DNA from: Sphaerodactylus townsendi
Lineage: Eukaryota
Assembly (NCBI RefSeq): GCF_021028975.2
Contig: NC_059426.1
Span: 126,294,001-126,358,000, forward strand
Direction of reading: 5' to 3'
Length of the DNA stretch: 64,000 nt
Positions 24,238-36,811 of this stretch are shown here, one piece after another; position 1 is the first letter of the stretch; each line of letters starts with the position of its first letter. Below the pieces are notes generated by a model. It was not told where the DNA came from, did not search any database, and saw nothing but the letters and a program-made list of their open reading frames with translations. Position numbers and translations under genes: made by a program.

Positions 24238-27200
24238 CTAGAGAAAGAGAGACAATGGATTGTTAATATCATACCTGAATGTCAATTTCCAAAATGTGGT
24301 GTTCACACTTGCTGTCAAGAGGAATTTTCCTGAAGCGTTTCGCCTGCATCTGTGGCTGGCATCTTCAGAGATGTATCACAGAGAAAAGTCTGTTATAAGA
24401 GAAGTCTGGATACAGTGTATAACAGACTTCTCTCTGTGATACACCTCTGAAGATACCAGCCACAGATGCAGGTGAAACATTAGGAACAAGATCTACCAGA
24501 CCACAGCCACGTAGCCCAGAAAACCCACAATAACCAACATTGAAAATGATGCTGTTTGGAATCTACCCTGAAATAGCATCACTTTCAATGTTGTTTAAAC
24601 TAGGGAGCCCAGAGTCTCCCTTTAAGGTGGATTTAAAAGGAGAATCTGGGCTCTCTAGTTTAAACAACATTAAAAGTGATGCTGTTTCAGGGTGGATTCC
24701 CCCCTCCAAAAAATAGCATCACTTTCAATGTTTTTTAAACTAGGGAGCCCTGGGTGTGTTCAGATTTGTGTGTTGGGGCATGTTCTATAATGTGTTGGTG
24801 ACTTTGAGATGACCTGGTGCAAAAAATGTTTGGTCGTGGTGGTGGTGGTGGTGGGGGGTCTTGCACATAACCTACTACCACATCCTTTAAACTGGAGATG
24901 GTGGGGGCTCAACTGGGAATCTTCTGCAGGCCACGTAGAGGCTGTAGCACTGAGCCACAGCTTCACTGTCACCCCACAGGGAGGAAAAGGGCTGTTTCAC
25001 ATATTAGCTGTGACTTCTCAAAGCCCTCCAAATACCTACAAAGTACAGCATGAGTTCAGGACAAGGTCTACCCATCAAATCCTCTGTTCCAACTACACCA
25101 AGCTTTTTGTGCAGCATTTTCATGCCGGGGGATCCACCACGTGGGAAAGGATTATGCCCGTATTGCTATACTTATTAAACTTCCCTGAATATATGCTATT
25201 CGGACTCAAGACATTGTTGAGCTGTGTTTCTAAGTTGTTGAGTTTTAGTGATTAGTTTACTACCCTCTTTTGAATACTTCTACAATAGTTCTTTTACATA
25301 GATTCTACAACGGAAATTATTCTATCCATATATTACTCTCAAGTAGTAATGTAGTTCCTTATCCTCTAAATAATGATGTACTATACCCAACACTTGGTCC
25401 TACTGTCTTCCTCTAAACAAGGGCTAAATATAAACAGTAATTTACTACAGCTGAAGCTGCAAGAATAATGATTTCAAGCATTATTTATACCATAGAGCCG
25501 TGATGGCGAACCTATGGCACGGGTGCCCAAGGTGGCACTCAGAGCCATCTCTGTGGGCCCGCATGCCGTCATCTCCCCCTCCCCCAGCCAGAGGTGGCTG
25601 CCAGCAAATGCGTTGGGAGTCACACTGGCCATGCACAAGGCGCTCCTCTTGAGTTGACCTGATTTGCTGTAAGTACCATCTAATGGCCCACAAGTATTCC
25701 CCCTTTCCCACAAAGCTTGGGAGACTGGAGGCTGGCATGCTTTTCTTGGTGTGTAACTTTTGGAGTACTTTGGGGTTAGGATTAAAAAGCCCCGTAAAAC
25801 TTTGGGGGTAGGATTAAAAAGCAGCAGTCCAGGTGAGGAGCTTCCATTGGGAGGAGTGCGTCTGCCAAGAGAAGGGCAGGCACAGTGGTGGGATTTAGGC
25901 CCTTGCCCTGATTGGAGTGAACTGTTTGTTAAGGGCCCCCCTCCCCTGGGAGAGAGAGTGATGGGGCTTTTAGTGCCTGGGAACCCAGGGTGGGGAGGAG
26001 AGATCTTGCAAGGTCCCTAGGCTCGACGCCAATCCCGTTCCCACAGGATCAAAGCAAAAGGACAAAAGACAAAAGGCATTTCACACCGATAAAGAATTGA
26101 CAGGCAGGAAAGGGAGAGGAGCATCCCTTCCCCAACCCCTTTGTTAGAATTAGGGCCATTCTGACAGAGGCAAATGTGGGACAGAGAGGTTCATTTCAAA
26201 ATATTCTCTATGCTTTTATTTTTCTGTTCCTGTTACATTTTGTGGGAAGTCAAGTGCTGTGATGACATGTGAAGAAAAAACTGCAGATCAGATGGTTGCT
26301 CCACCAATTTAGCTTTCCTGAAGTTATCCCACCCCTTGCATAGCATTCATGCTTAGGATTGCCTTCCTTGACTGCCTTTTTACTTCTGTTTTGTGGTGGT
26401 AGGGTTATTGGGTTTCAGAAAGTGAAAGTTTTACTTCCCTCTCCCCCCTTCCCCTTTCCCCGCCAGGCCCCCAGTGTGATAATAGGGTAACTATTTCAGG
26501 GAGATTATTAGCATTATACTTCAGACCTAGTTTTGGGGAAGCAGTGTAGGTAACCCTGTTAAGCGGTGTTAAACTACACTGATTTTCATGGGAAGAACTA
26601 AAGCGTTATCCTTTATCTGGGAGTAAGCTTGGTTGCTGGCAATGGCTTGCTTCTGAGTAAACCCTCCTAGGGTCATGATTCACCCATTCAAAGCATTGCA
26701 CTGTTGCTTCAAAGCAAAGCCACCGACTACCACCAAGCTTACTCCTGAGTAACGCATACCTTGGAGCCAACTGTTTTTTCTAGACGAAAACATCAGTATT
26801 TAGATTAAATTGCCATGTTCGCACTTTGCGCTAAATAAGTGAGTTTTGGGTTGCAATTTGGGCACTTGGTCTCAAAAAGGTTCGCCATCACTGCCATAGG
26901 GTAAATACAGATTTGTTCAGCCTAAAAATAGTCAATGAAATTAAGCTGCCCCAGTGCAGGGTGCATTATAATACATGCAGTTTGATTTCATGCAGGTTTA
27001 TCCCATTCAGTACAGTGGGGCTTACTTGCAGTTGTGCACAGGATCACAGGACAACAGATCCGCATTCATGGCCTATTTCACAGAGTTGTTGCAAGTACAT
27101 CAAAAGTAGGAAGCCAGCTAGGGAAGCTGTAGGCCCGTTAGATGATGAAGGAACAAAGGGTGTGCTAAAAGATGACTGGGAGATTGCAGAGGAGTTGAAT

Positions 27201-30200
27201 GAATTCTTTGCATCTGTCTTCACCCAAGAGGAGGTGATGAAAATTCCTGCATCTGAATCAAGCTTCTCAGGAGGCGAATCCGAGGAACTAGTGAAGATAG
27301 TGGTAGACAAGGAAGAAGTTCTGGCAGCCACTGATAAACTAAATGCTACCAAATCGCCTGGCCCAGATTGCATTCACCCAAGAGTTCTTAAAGAGCTCAA
27401 GCATGAAATTGCTGATCTTCTCACTTTAATATGCAACTTTTCCCTGAAATCAGCCTCCATCCCTGAAGACTGGAAGATGGCCAATGTCACACCAATCTTT
27501 AAGAAAGGACCGGGGGGGGGGGGGGGGCTGGGAAATTACAGGCCAGTCAGTTTGACATCTGTTCCTGGTAAATTAGTAGAATCTATCATTAAAGATAAAA
27601 TTATAAAACATGTAGAAAAGCAAGACCTGTTGAGGAAGAGTCAGCATGGCTTTTGCAGAGGCAAATCCTGTCTTACAAACTTACTAGAGTTCTTTGAGGG
27701 TGTAAACAGGGATGTGGATAAGGGGGAACCAGTGGACATTGTCTACTTGGATTTCCAAAAGGCTTTTGACAAACGTTCCTCACCAAAGACTATTAAGAAA
27801 ACTCAACAATGAAGGAATAAGAGGGGAAGTCTTCCTATGGATTCAAAACTGGCTGAGGAACAGGAAGCAAAGGGTGGGTGTAAATGGGAAGTTCTCACAA
27901 TGGAGAGATGTAGGGATGTGGTGAGAACCACAAAGGATGTAGGGAGTGGTGAGAACCACAAAAGATTGCGAAGAGCTCCAAGTGGACCTTGATAAATTAG
28001 GTGAGTGGGCTAAGAAATGGCAAATGCACTTCAATGTAGCAAAATGTAAAGTGATGCACATAGGGGCAAAGAATCCAAACTTCACATACACGCTACAGGG
28101 GTCAGTGCTATCAGTTACAGACAAGAAAAGGGATTTGGGCGTCTTAGTTGATAATTCCATGGGAATGTCAACTCAGTGAATGGCAGCTGTGAAAAAGGCA
28201 AACTCTATGCTGGGGATAATTAGGAAAGGAATTGATTATAAAACTGCAAAGATTCTCATGCCTTTATATAAAGCAGTGGTGCGACTGCACCACGTTCAGT
28301 TCTGGTTGCCACATCTCAAAAAGGATATCGAAGAAATAGAAAAAGTGCAGAGAAGGGCAACGAGGATGATTGAAGGATTGGAGCACCTTCCTTATGAGGA
28401 GAGGCTGCAGTGTTTGGGTCTCTTTAGTTTGGAGAGGAGACGTCTGGGGGGGATATGATTGAAGTCTATAAAATTATGCATGGGGTAGAAAATGTTGACA
28501 GAGAGAAATTTTTCTCTCTTTCTCACAATACTAGAACCAGGGGGCATTCATTGAAAATGCTGGGGAAGGGGGGGATTAGGACTAATAAAAGGAAACATTG
28601 GAATATGTTGCCCGAGGAGGTGGTGATGGCCACTAGCCTGGATAGCTTTAAAAAGATTTATGGAGGAGAAGTCGATGGCTACCAATCTTGATCCTCCTTG
28701 ATCTGAGATTGCAAATGCCTTAGCAGACCAGGTGCTCAGGAGCAACAGCCGCATGTGAGCTCCCTGCATGTGAGCTCCCAAAGCAGCAGAAGGCCATTGC
28801 TTTCACATCCTGCATGTGAGCTCCCAAAGGCACCTGGTGGGCCGCTCATTAATATTTTACCGAGGCCATTGTTTCTCCTTATCTGTCAGAGGAACATAGA
28901 TTACACCCATAGTTCTTATGTTCTTATGCAGTGGGATAAAATGGGACTAGTCACATACGTGGTCCTGAGCTCATTGGACAAAGCATGAAAGATCAGTGTG
29001 ATTGTTATTTATTATTAGTTTAGACGGTTTGTGTCTGCAGCAAAGATTTAAAAATACTGACATCGTTATATGGAATAAGAAACTGAAGCTACGAGTTTCT
29101 TTTCTGTGGTTCCCAAGGCACTTTCCTATTTCTACTTTTATGAACTCTTATAATAGCTGCACTGCACCCAATTTCTTTGCATTGCCTAGTACAAAGGGTA
29201 GTGGTTAGGGATTTTCTTTTCACTATTAAGATGTAACTATAGGAAAAGTGAACTTTTTTACAGCTGTGCCTTGCAAAAGAGGAGAAGAGCTCATTAATAT
29301 TTTACCGAGGCCATTGTTTCTCCTTATCTGTCAGAGGAACATAGATTACACCCATAAGTTGCTTCTCCACAATATTTCCATCTTCAGTTTTGTCATACTG
29401 CATCATAACCTGGTTTCCACCCTCAGGCCCTACAGGCAAAATTAGTCGTCCTCCAAGTTTCAACTGATTCAGCAGCTGGAAAAAGGGAAACAGAATCAAT
29501 TAGGTGAATGGAACATAACATGGAAACTGAAAAATTCAGTACAGCAAGCACAGAACAAACTATTTGTTGCTGATCTGCTGAAAATGCAAACCTCATCTAT
29601 TTATATCCCAAGCTGGGATGACACTAACAATTACTTATTCCTATGACAATAAGAGATATAATTCAATCTGTTTTTGACATCCTACTTTGGAAGTGGCTAT
29701 TCTGTTTCAGAGGTTAGAACAAATAGTATCAATTAAACATTGTCTCAGCAAAATTATTCTGCACAGAAAACAGATTTGAAAAGGACTCTGTTCATTATGG
29801 TATGTCATAGTCACAAAAGAAGTGACACTTTGTCACCTACCATATATACTCGCATATAAATTGATTTTTCAGCACACTTTTTGTGCTGAAAAAGCCCCCC
29901 TCGACTTATACGCGAGTGAGGTGTATTTTAAAAAATATTTTAAGGTTTTTACTTTGTCGGCCGCCAGGGGGCGCAGCTTTTAGGCTAGCAGCACCAAAAT
30001 TTCAGGGTATCATCAGGTGACACTTCACTAAACCTAGGTGGTATAATCAGTATAGACTCCTGCTGACACCACCCAGGTTTGGTGAAGGTTGGCTCAGGGG
30101 GTCCAAAGATAATCTCTTGCTGATACCAGCCAGGTTTGGTGATGTTTGGTTCAAAGGGTCCAAAGTTATGGACCCTCAAAATGTAGCCCCATCTATTATT

Positions 30201-33200
30201 AGCTCCCATTGGAAACAATGGGGAATGGGCACCCCTTTGGGGGTCCATAACTTTGGACCCCCTGAGCCAACCTTCACCAAACCTGGGTGGTGTCAGCAGG
30301 AGGGTCTCCTAAAGATACTCTGAAATGTTGGTACTACTAACATAAACATTCCTCCCCTGACAGAAGCATTTAACCTACTGATGCCTCAATGTAATTTTAT
30401 TGGTATCTATTTTTATTTTTGAAATTTACCAGTAGCTGCTGCATTTCTCACCCTTGACTTATATGCGAGTCAATAAGTTTTCCCAGTTTTCAAATCACAA
30501 ATAGTGGTCAGATTTCCAAAGCAGTTTTCATTTTCCGAGACAGTTGTTTTACTTAAGATTCATTAAATGCTATATCTTCTGTAAGTATATCTGAATGGTA
30601 CAGTATTATTTAGGGTTATTCAGATTTCTTGCTACAGTCAGTCTGGCTGCAATGAGGAAACCTCCCAGTGGGAAAATTTTCTGGTAAAGCCACCAGTAAC
30701 CAAATAGACTCAGGGGAATCTAGTTAGTTTTATCTCATAATATTTTAATTATGATTTTATCAAAATCTAATATAGTCCAGTTTCAACAGGCCTCTAGCAT
30801 GAATTAAATAAATCTTCTAGAGCAGGGGTCTGCAACCTGCGGCTCTCCAGATGTTCATGGACTACAATTCCCATCAGCCCCTGCCACCATGGCCAATTGG
30901 CCATGGTGGTAGGGGCTGATGGGAATTGCAGTCCATGAACATCTGGAGAGCTGCAGGTTGGAGACCCCTGTTCTAGAGGCACAGACTACTAACATTTAGC
31001 AGAATTTTTGAATATTTTTGCGGTTTGGCAGATAGATCCTAATAAAAGGGGATTGTATAGATTTTTCCCTGACATATCCTTTTTGCAGGATACAAAGAAT
31101 CAAAACTCTAGACACAAAACTATTGTTGTATGGAAATCCCAAAGCTTCTCTGTTCCATCCTCTCCCATGAAGAAAGAATATGTCATTTTCCACAGAAATC
31201 ATCTAAACTTAGTAAAAGATATAGTAATTAACTTATTTAAAAACTCTAGCTAGTGTCTTGAAGGACGCTGTTTTTTCCCCTTTCTTTCTTACCTCGTTTG
31301 GCACTGTGGGTGCAGCTGCTCCAACATGGATGGCATCATAAGGGGCTTCTTCAGGGTACCCCTTTCTGCCATCCCCAACTGTGGAGAGAGAATGTGTAGT
31401 GAAGGTTCTTGTTCAGATGGTAGCTGTTTCTAAACCATTTGCCTCTGCCTCTGCCTTTCCTTTCACTTGAAGCCTATATGTAGGAGAGACCTGTATGCAG
31501 ATTATGTGAGCATTTGGGACGTCCCAACACAATGTGGAAGCCATGCTGAGGGATATGTAGCTTTCCAATATTTTGATCTAGGCCGCATGAAACTGGAAAA
31601 GCAAAGGAAGTGGTACAGAGGGAAAAGATAGATGGATCTTAGATTATAAGTAGCTAGTTATCACATAAATATACTTCTAGATATTTGGCGTCAAAGACAC
31701 AATCCTATGCACGGTTACTTTTTAAAAAACTGTCAGGATTTGCTTTTGATTTTAAGTTGGTTGAAGAGGCTGGGCAAAATAGCCATTTTGTATGAGCATA
31801 ACCAAGGATTAGAAATTCCATATAACTCCCCACTGGTTTCATTAGAACTTGATCCTAATTAAATATAGAATCACTTCTGTGTTAGAAATAAAAAAATAAT
31901 TTTGAATTTGTGAATTGGAACAGAAACACCTGATGTAGTAATATGAGAACTGCAAGTGCCTCTTAGGCTTGCACAACAGAATTAAGCAATTTTTATTCCA
32001 TGTCTCTGCCAACTGGGACCACTAGATTTCCCAGTTCCTGATTTAGCTTCCACATATAACACACCACATCTCAAACACATTTCCACATCCTCCTATATTT
32101 CTAAGTATATGTTAAGGCTATCTGCTTCAGTGGCATTTTCAAAGTAAAAGTGTTATCCAACTGTCCAGCCAGTCTATTTACATCAGAATATCCAGAAAGT
32201 GCATCAGCAAAAAACTGAAACAACTTATTGTGTACCATCTGCCTCTCCACATACTTTCAGGTAGCACAACTAATTATTTAATTTATATTCAACAAAGAGC
32301 AATTACATGCATTTTAAAGTGTGTGCCCTGCCAAATATGGTTCCACAGAATGGCACAGGCCATTAACAAGTTATCAGTTTGAAAATGCAGAGTTACCACA
32401 TCATGCAGAATACATATTGGCAGCAGAGTCAAACACAAAAGAACACGTCTGTCCAACTCCATAACCTATGCCATCTGCTTAGACACCAAGGGGACACAAA
32501 GTATCTCACACACTCACCTAAAGAATTGCTTAAAAAAAAAAGTACCCACCAACCTTCTAAAACGAAAGAGGCCTGAGGCCTCTCTGCAGATGGAGCTCCA
32601 GAGTAAGGGTTTTTCTATACAGAAGTCCTAGTTCTTTGTCATCAGTCTAGCCTGCAACAAAGATAATACCCGGTTCTGGGTTCCCTTAGATAATGGCAGT
32701 GTATGAGGAGGAGACTTACAGTTCTCCAAGATAAATGATCTAGGTCTGGTTTGTCATAAGAGTTGATATTAGTAACAACAAGGCAATCTACTTCTCACAT
32801 CCTAACCAAACGCACCTCAGTGTTATTGCTGGACAGCACGCTGCTGAAGAAGCCTATACCAAATGAATAAGGGTAAATGGCCCCAAATAAAGGAATTTGT
32901 ACCACTACTACAATCCAAAGAGCTCACCTAGAAGTTTCACACGTCCAGAGCTAAGCAAAGTTGCATCATCCTCTCTGACATTTCTGATGGATTCATGAAC
33001 CAAATCTTCAATGTGTTCAATTCCCACTGCCTTCCCTGTGGGACCCACCTGTAAGAGGAACCATTTCAAGCTACATTGTAGCTACAAATTAAAGAACTGA
33101 TAATTTCTCTTACTGTGATTATTTTATAAGCTGGACATTTATATGCAACAATGACTTTATTCAGTACATTTCTGGTTATCCCTAGACATACTCTTCATTA

Positions 33201-36200
33201 ATATAAAATGTGGCAAAGGAAATCTGGCTAAGTTCCTACATGATTGTTCGGTAATGTCCAAGGTACGGAAAAGACATTTTCAGCAGTTGCTAGGACTAGC
33301 ATGTGCACATTATTTAAAACTGCAAAACCTGCTTCAATAGCCTCATTTAATTTATCCAAACATCAGTTCGGTTCAAGGGAATACTCCGCTGGACATTAAT
33401 AGCTGTAAATATTTAGATATCTCACAAGCAGTTCTGAGAAGAGCCTCAGGTTTTTAACAAAAACTGGATGTCTATGTTTTCGCCACAAATTCGCAAGAAA
33501 ACGTTCTGCTTACCATCCTAGCAAAGCACGCCGTGAGGTATCCACTTCCTGATCCCACATCCAGTGCCAAGGCTCCTTCCACTAACTGATCCTTCAGTAA
33601 CTCTAGAGCATGAGCATGCTGTAAAAATAAACAATATTTCATAATTTCCAATACATAGAAATGTACCTTATGGTCCCCGTGCCCAATGCCAATAAAAGAA
33701 TATAGTAAAAACAAATTGGCAATAAAGATATAGAAAGTATATAACGGGATTTCCCAAATCTCTCATTTTGGCAGACAAATAAGAAGGAAGGTCACACATA
33801 GTTCCTGGACAATCTTGCTTGACTTTGCAGATAAATGGCACAAGCACAGGTAGGTTTAAGGATCACCCACTCCACCCATATCACTGACTGGCATTCCCTG
33901 AATGTCTTAAGAAACAGACTGTTATTGCTTTTTGATCCACATGAAAGGTAAAGGAAAGCAGCTGCAGAATGTTGAGAACAAGGCTTGCAATTAAGGGCAC
34001 TGTTTTTGCACTGTATTATGCCTACACCTAGGTTATACTCCCATTCCACCAGATTGTAGCATTTGTGCACACAGGTTGATAAATTTGACACCAACCGACA
34101 CTACAACTAAAATAATCCTTCAGCACAGGTTCTTAGGATATCAATTTCACGGGAGATACAATGCATCCATGAGGCATATGAGAATAATGGTGGGTAAGGC
34201 ATAGAGTGGAAGACTCTTGAGTTCCAGGTTCAATTTCCCACTCCTGCATGAAGCCTGCTGGATGACCTCGGTTCAGTTACAGTTCTCTCAGAACTCCCTC
34301 AGCCCATGTGGAGGCAGGAAATGGCAAACCATCTCTGAATGTGTCTTCCCTTGAAAACCTATGGGGTTGCCATAAGTCAGCTGTGACCTGATGATACACA
34401 CAAACAACAAATAATAATTGAACCATGCTTCTAAAGAATGGGAAAGGCCATACATCAGTAGCAGGACACACAGTTTTCATGCAGAAGTTCTAGATTCAAT
34501 TGTTTGTATTTCTACTGAAACGGAACAGGACTGGAAGATGCCACTGCTGGAGTCCCAAGACAACTGCTGTCAGTCAGAGCAGACAGTGCAAAGTGAGATG
34601 GGCAAATGATCAGATGGAGCACAAAACACTTTCATTTCTTTCAGTACTTTTGTGGTCCCTCCACTAAACACTTAGTGCACATTTGTCCTCAAGCACTGCT
34701 TTAACAGATCTGAAAGTGGGCCTTACCATGTGAGGTGCACTGATTGTAGCCTGGTATCCTGAAAGAAATATTTTCATGTCAAGACTTTATAGTAACTTGA
34801 GCATTTTCTATGGATTTGAATTGTTGCTATCATAATTAACCCCCTCTCCCATTTTCCGAGGCAATTCAAAGATGTCCTGATGTGTCTCCTATAGTGTTAG
34901 CAGAATAATCTATCCACAAAAACTTTCCATGATCCACTTCTGCAGCCAAAGCAGAACTCGCAATTGCTGAAGATTCCAAGGAAGTCATGTTCAAGTCTCT
35001 ATGATCATCAGTAAAGTGTCACATTCTTTATTAACTGGTAATTGTCTATGGCATTTCTTACCAATGGATTGAGGAGAATCCATATATGGAAAATACTTGG
35101 TGTAGTGTGCTCGGTCTGTGGCCAGTAATACATCATAGACTCGCTGAGACTTAATCACACCATTTTCTACAGAACAGGGAACAAGAAATGAATAAAACAA
35201 AGTAGATATATATAAATTCATGTAAGCCTGAACACAAATTGTAATTAGGATAGTCTTACAACAAGCATATATTTGGGTCAATGTCTGGACCTCTCATTAA
35301 AAAAACTGACACAAAGTATTTCTCATGTAAAACTAACACTGACTACTCCAGTTCAAGGAAGATGTTCTTTACAAGCCATAACATATGGTAAAGTACCAAT
35401 AAGAGGGGTTGGGTTTTGCCTCAGAGGTCAGTTTGGGTCAGATTCACAGTAGGAAGACTGGAGGAAGAGTGTCAATTTACCAAGATTTAGCTTGTTTGAC
35501 TAGCTTGTTTGAGCCCAGTGGAAAGACCCATGCAATTGGTCCTATCCACATGCCTTCAAACATCAGAAGCTGCATGCTGAAAGAGCCCACAGAAAGCCAG
35601 CCAGTCCCCCCCAATGGTGAGGTGCATCTCTCAGTTTCCAACCTAAGATAAGTTATAGGATCGTGTGGGATGTGCAGGATACAGACAAGAGCTTCGCCAG
35701 TCCAGCCACCTGGTTTCTTTTTACAGTGGTGCTGCTGTCATACAAGTAGCAGAGACATGTACGTACTCCCATTTCAGATCACTAGTATGAAAAGCACAAG
35801 AATATACAGCATGACTGTATTTCAAAGGAAACTTAGTAGAAGAAATAGCTATCTACTCCAGGTGTAGTGGGGCTCAGCCACTTCATCTTTGTGGACAGGT
35901 TTTTTTCCCCCTGTACTAGACGCTTAGAACAGGTTTCTTGGTCAGCTCATTTCTTGCTCATGAAATTAATAATCACAAATCCAAAGTAACCAGAAAGACA
36001 GGGACTCGTTATTTGTCTTGTGGCCCATGTCCAATTAAAATATTTATTCTTAAAAATTATTTATACCCTACCTTTCTTCCCAGTGGGGACCCAAAGCAGC
36101 TTACATAGTTCTCTCCATTTTATCCTTACAACAACTACTCTGTGAGACAGGCCATGCTAAGTGTGCGTGACTGGCCGCAGGTCATTCAGCAAGCTTCCAT

Positions 36201-36811
36201 GGCACAGAGGATTTGAACCTGGGTCTCTCAGATCCTAGTCTGAGACTCTAACAACTATACCTCACTGGCACTCCATATCTCCACAGACCGCTATACAGTC
36301 ATGTGCATTTGAAAAAAAATTAGAGGCAACACACTGTCCTGGATGGCCCAGGCTAGCTCCATCTGGTCAGAGCTTGGAAGCTAGGAAGGATCGGCCCCGG
36401 CTGGTACTTGAATGTAGGACCTCCAAGGAATACTAATGTTGTGTTGCTGAAACAGGCAATGGCAAACCCCCTCTGTTCATCTCTTGCCTAGCAAATCTGA
36501 CAGGTGGCTGCAACTTGATGGCACTTTCCACCACCACAGAGACAACATTGTTAAGAATAAATTAGCATGTCTTAGACTAATTCATTCAGCATAACTCTGA
36601 TTTTTTTAAATAAAGAAGCATACAATGAACCATATATCCAGTTACTTCAGCCAGTTCTTTGCCAATGCACCCAAAATGCAGGCAGCTTCCTGTACTCACT
36701 GTAAAGGTTGTTGATCAATTCAGCATGTGTCTTCCCAGTCGAGGTCCAGGCCATGGTTCTGCTCAGCAGCAGTCCCATCAGCAAGGTAGCAAAAGGCACT
36801 GTATAGCTCAT
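24225..36811 (-). CDS. Protein-L-isoaspartate(D-aspartate) O-methyltransferase-like (PCMT1 paralogue); join(36700..36811,35062..35166,34727..34758,33514..33618,32928..33048,31293..31378,29306..29475,24225..24237), 247 aa (228 aa from the MAW ATG at 36754)
   Basis: All PIMT motifs are intact: [54 protein letters not shown]. All introns are GT-AG with consistent phases and there are no stops. Confidence 0.93.
24337..24538. mobile_element. Penelope-like inverted pseudo-LTR palindrome, left arm truncated
   Basis: CGTTTCGCCTGCATCTGTGGCTGGCATCTTCAGAG and its reverse complement around a 20-nt spacer. Confidence 0.75.
24535..24752. repeat. Alternating direct/inverted repeat units (AGCATCACTTTCAATGTTGTTTAAACTAGGGAGCCC), likely a transposon-internal repeat
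   Basis: Unit occurs several times in alternating orientation. Confidence 0.55.
25498..26893. mobile_element. Non-autonomous hAT transposon (~1.4 kb), hAT1-like TIRs
   Basis: TIRs C(C/A)GTGATGGCGAACCT; 8-bp TSD CCATAGAG/CCATAGGG; no transposase ORF. Confidence 0.85.
27090..28928 (+). mobile_element. CR1 LINE, 5'-truncated, frameshifted, RT catalytic core deleted
   Basis: [43 protein letters not shown]; the PQGS-YADD region is missing near 27910-27950; (TTCTTATG)n tail. Confidence 0.92.
29306..29475 (-). CDS. PCMT1-like coding exon 7 (read-through stop TAA at 29302-29304 if unspliced)
   Basis: [22 protein letters not shown]...[13 protein letters not shown]; CG|GTAAAA donor. Confidence 0.94.
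29838..30490. mobile_element. Tc1/mariner (pogo/Tigger-like) non-autonomous element fragment with internal repeats
   Basis: TACCATATATACTCGCATATAA terminus; repeated CTCGACTTATACGCGAGT motif; internal inverted GGTTTGGTGAAGGTTGGCTCAGGGGGTCCAAAG units. Confidence 0.6.
30823..30970. mobile_element. hAT (Charlie-type) MITE, complete palindrome
   Basis: Same family as 466-585; perfect TSD TTCTAGAG. Confidence 0.88.
31293..31378 (-). CDS. PCMT1-like coding exon 6
   Basis: [29 protein letters not shown]. Confidence 0.95.
32928..33048 (-). CDS. PCMT1-like coding exon 5
   Basis: [40 protein letters not shown]. Confidence 0.95.
33514..33618 (-). CDS. PCMT1-like coding exon 4 (SAM-binding motif I)
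   Basis: [35 protein letters not shown]. Confidence 0.96.
34727..34758 (-). CDS. PCMT1-like coding exon 3
   Basis: [11 protein letters not shown], 32 nt. Confidence 0.95.
35062..35166 (-). CDS. PCMT1-like coding exon 2
   Basis: [22 protein letters not shown]...[10 protein letters not shown]. Confidence 0.95.
36337..36535 (+). mobile_element. 5S-derived SINE with RTE-like tail
   Basis: TCTGGTCAGAGCTTGGAAGCTAGGAAGGATCGG...GTACTTGAATG, similar to 5S rRNA; shared tail. Confidence 0.55.
36700..36811 (-). CDS. PCMT1-like first coding exon ([37 protein letters not shown])
   Basis: cag acceptor at 36842-36844, GTGAGT donor; the MAW... segment matches the PCMT1 N-terminus. Confidence 0.88.

Noticed and set aside
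24535-24752. Repeat-spacer-like arrays here and at 61159-61228 as CRISPR
   Set aside because: Eukaryotic DNA, no unique spacers, no cas genes; these are transposon-internal repeats and a minisatellite.
26913-27812. 299-aa ORF, the longest in the track
   Set aside because: CR1 ORF2 fragment with frameshifts and a deleted catalytic core; not a host gene.
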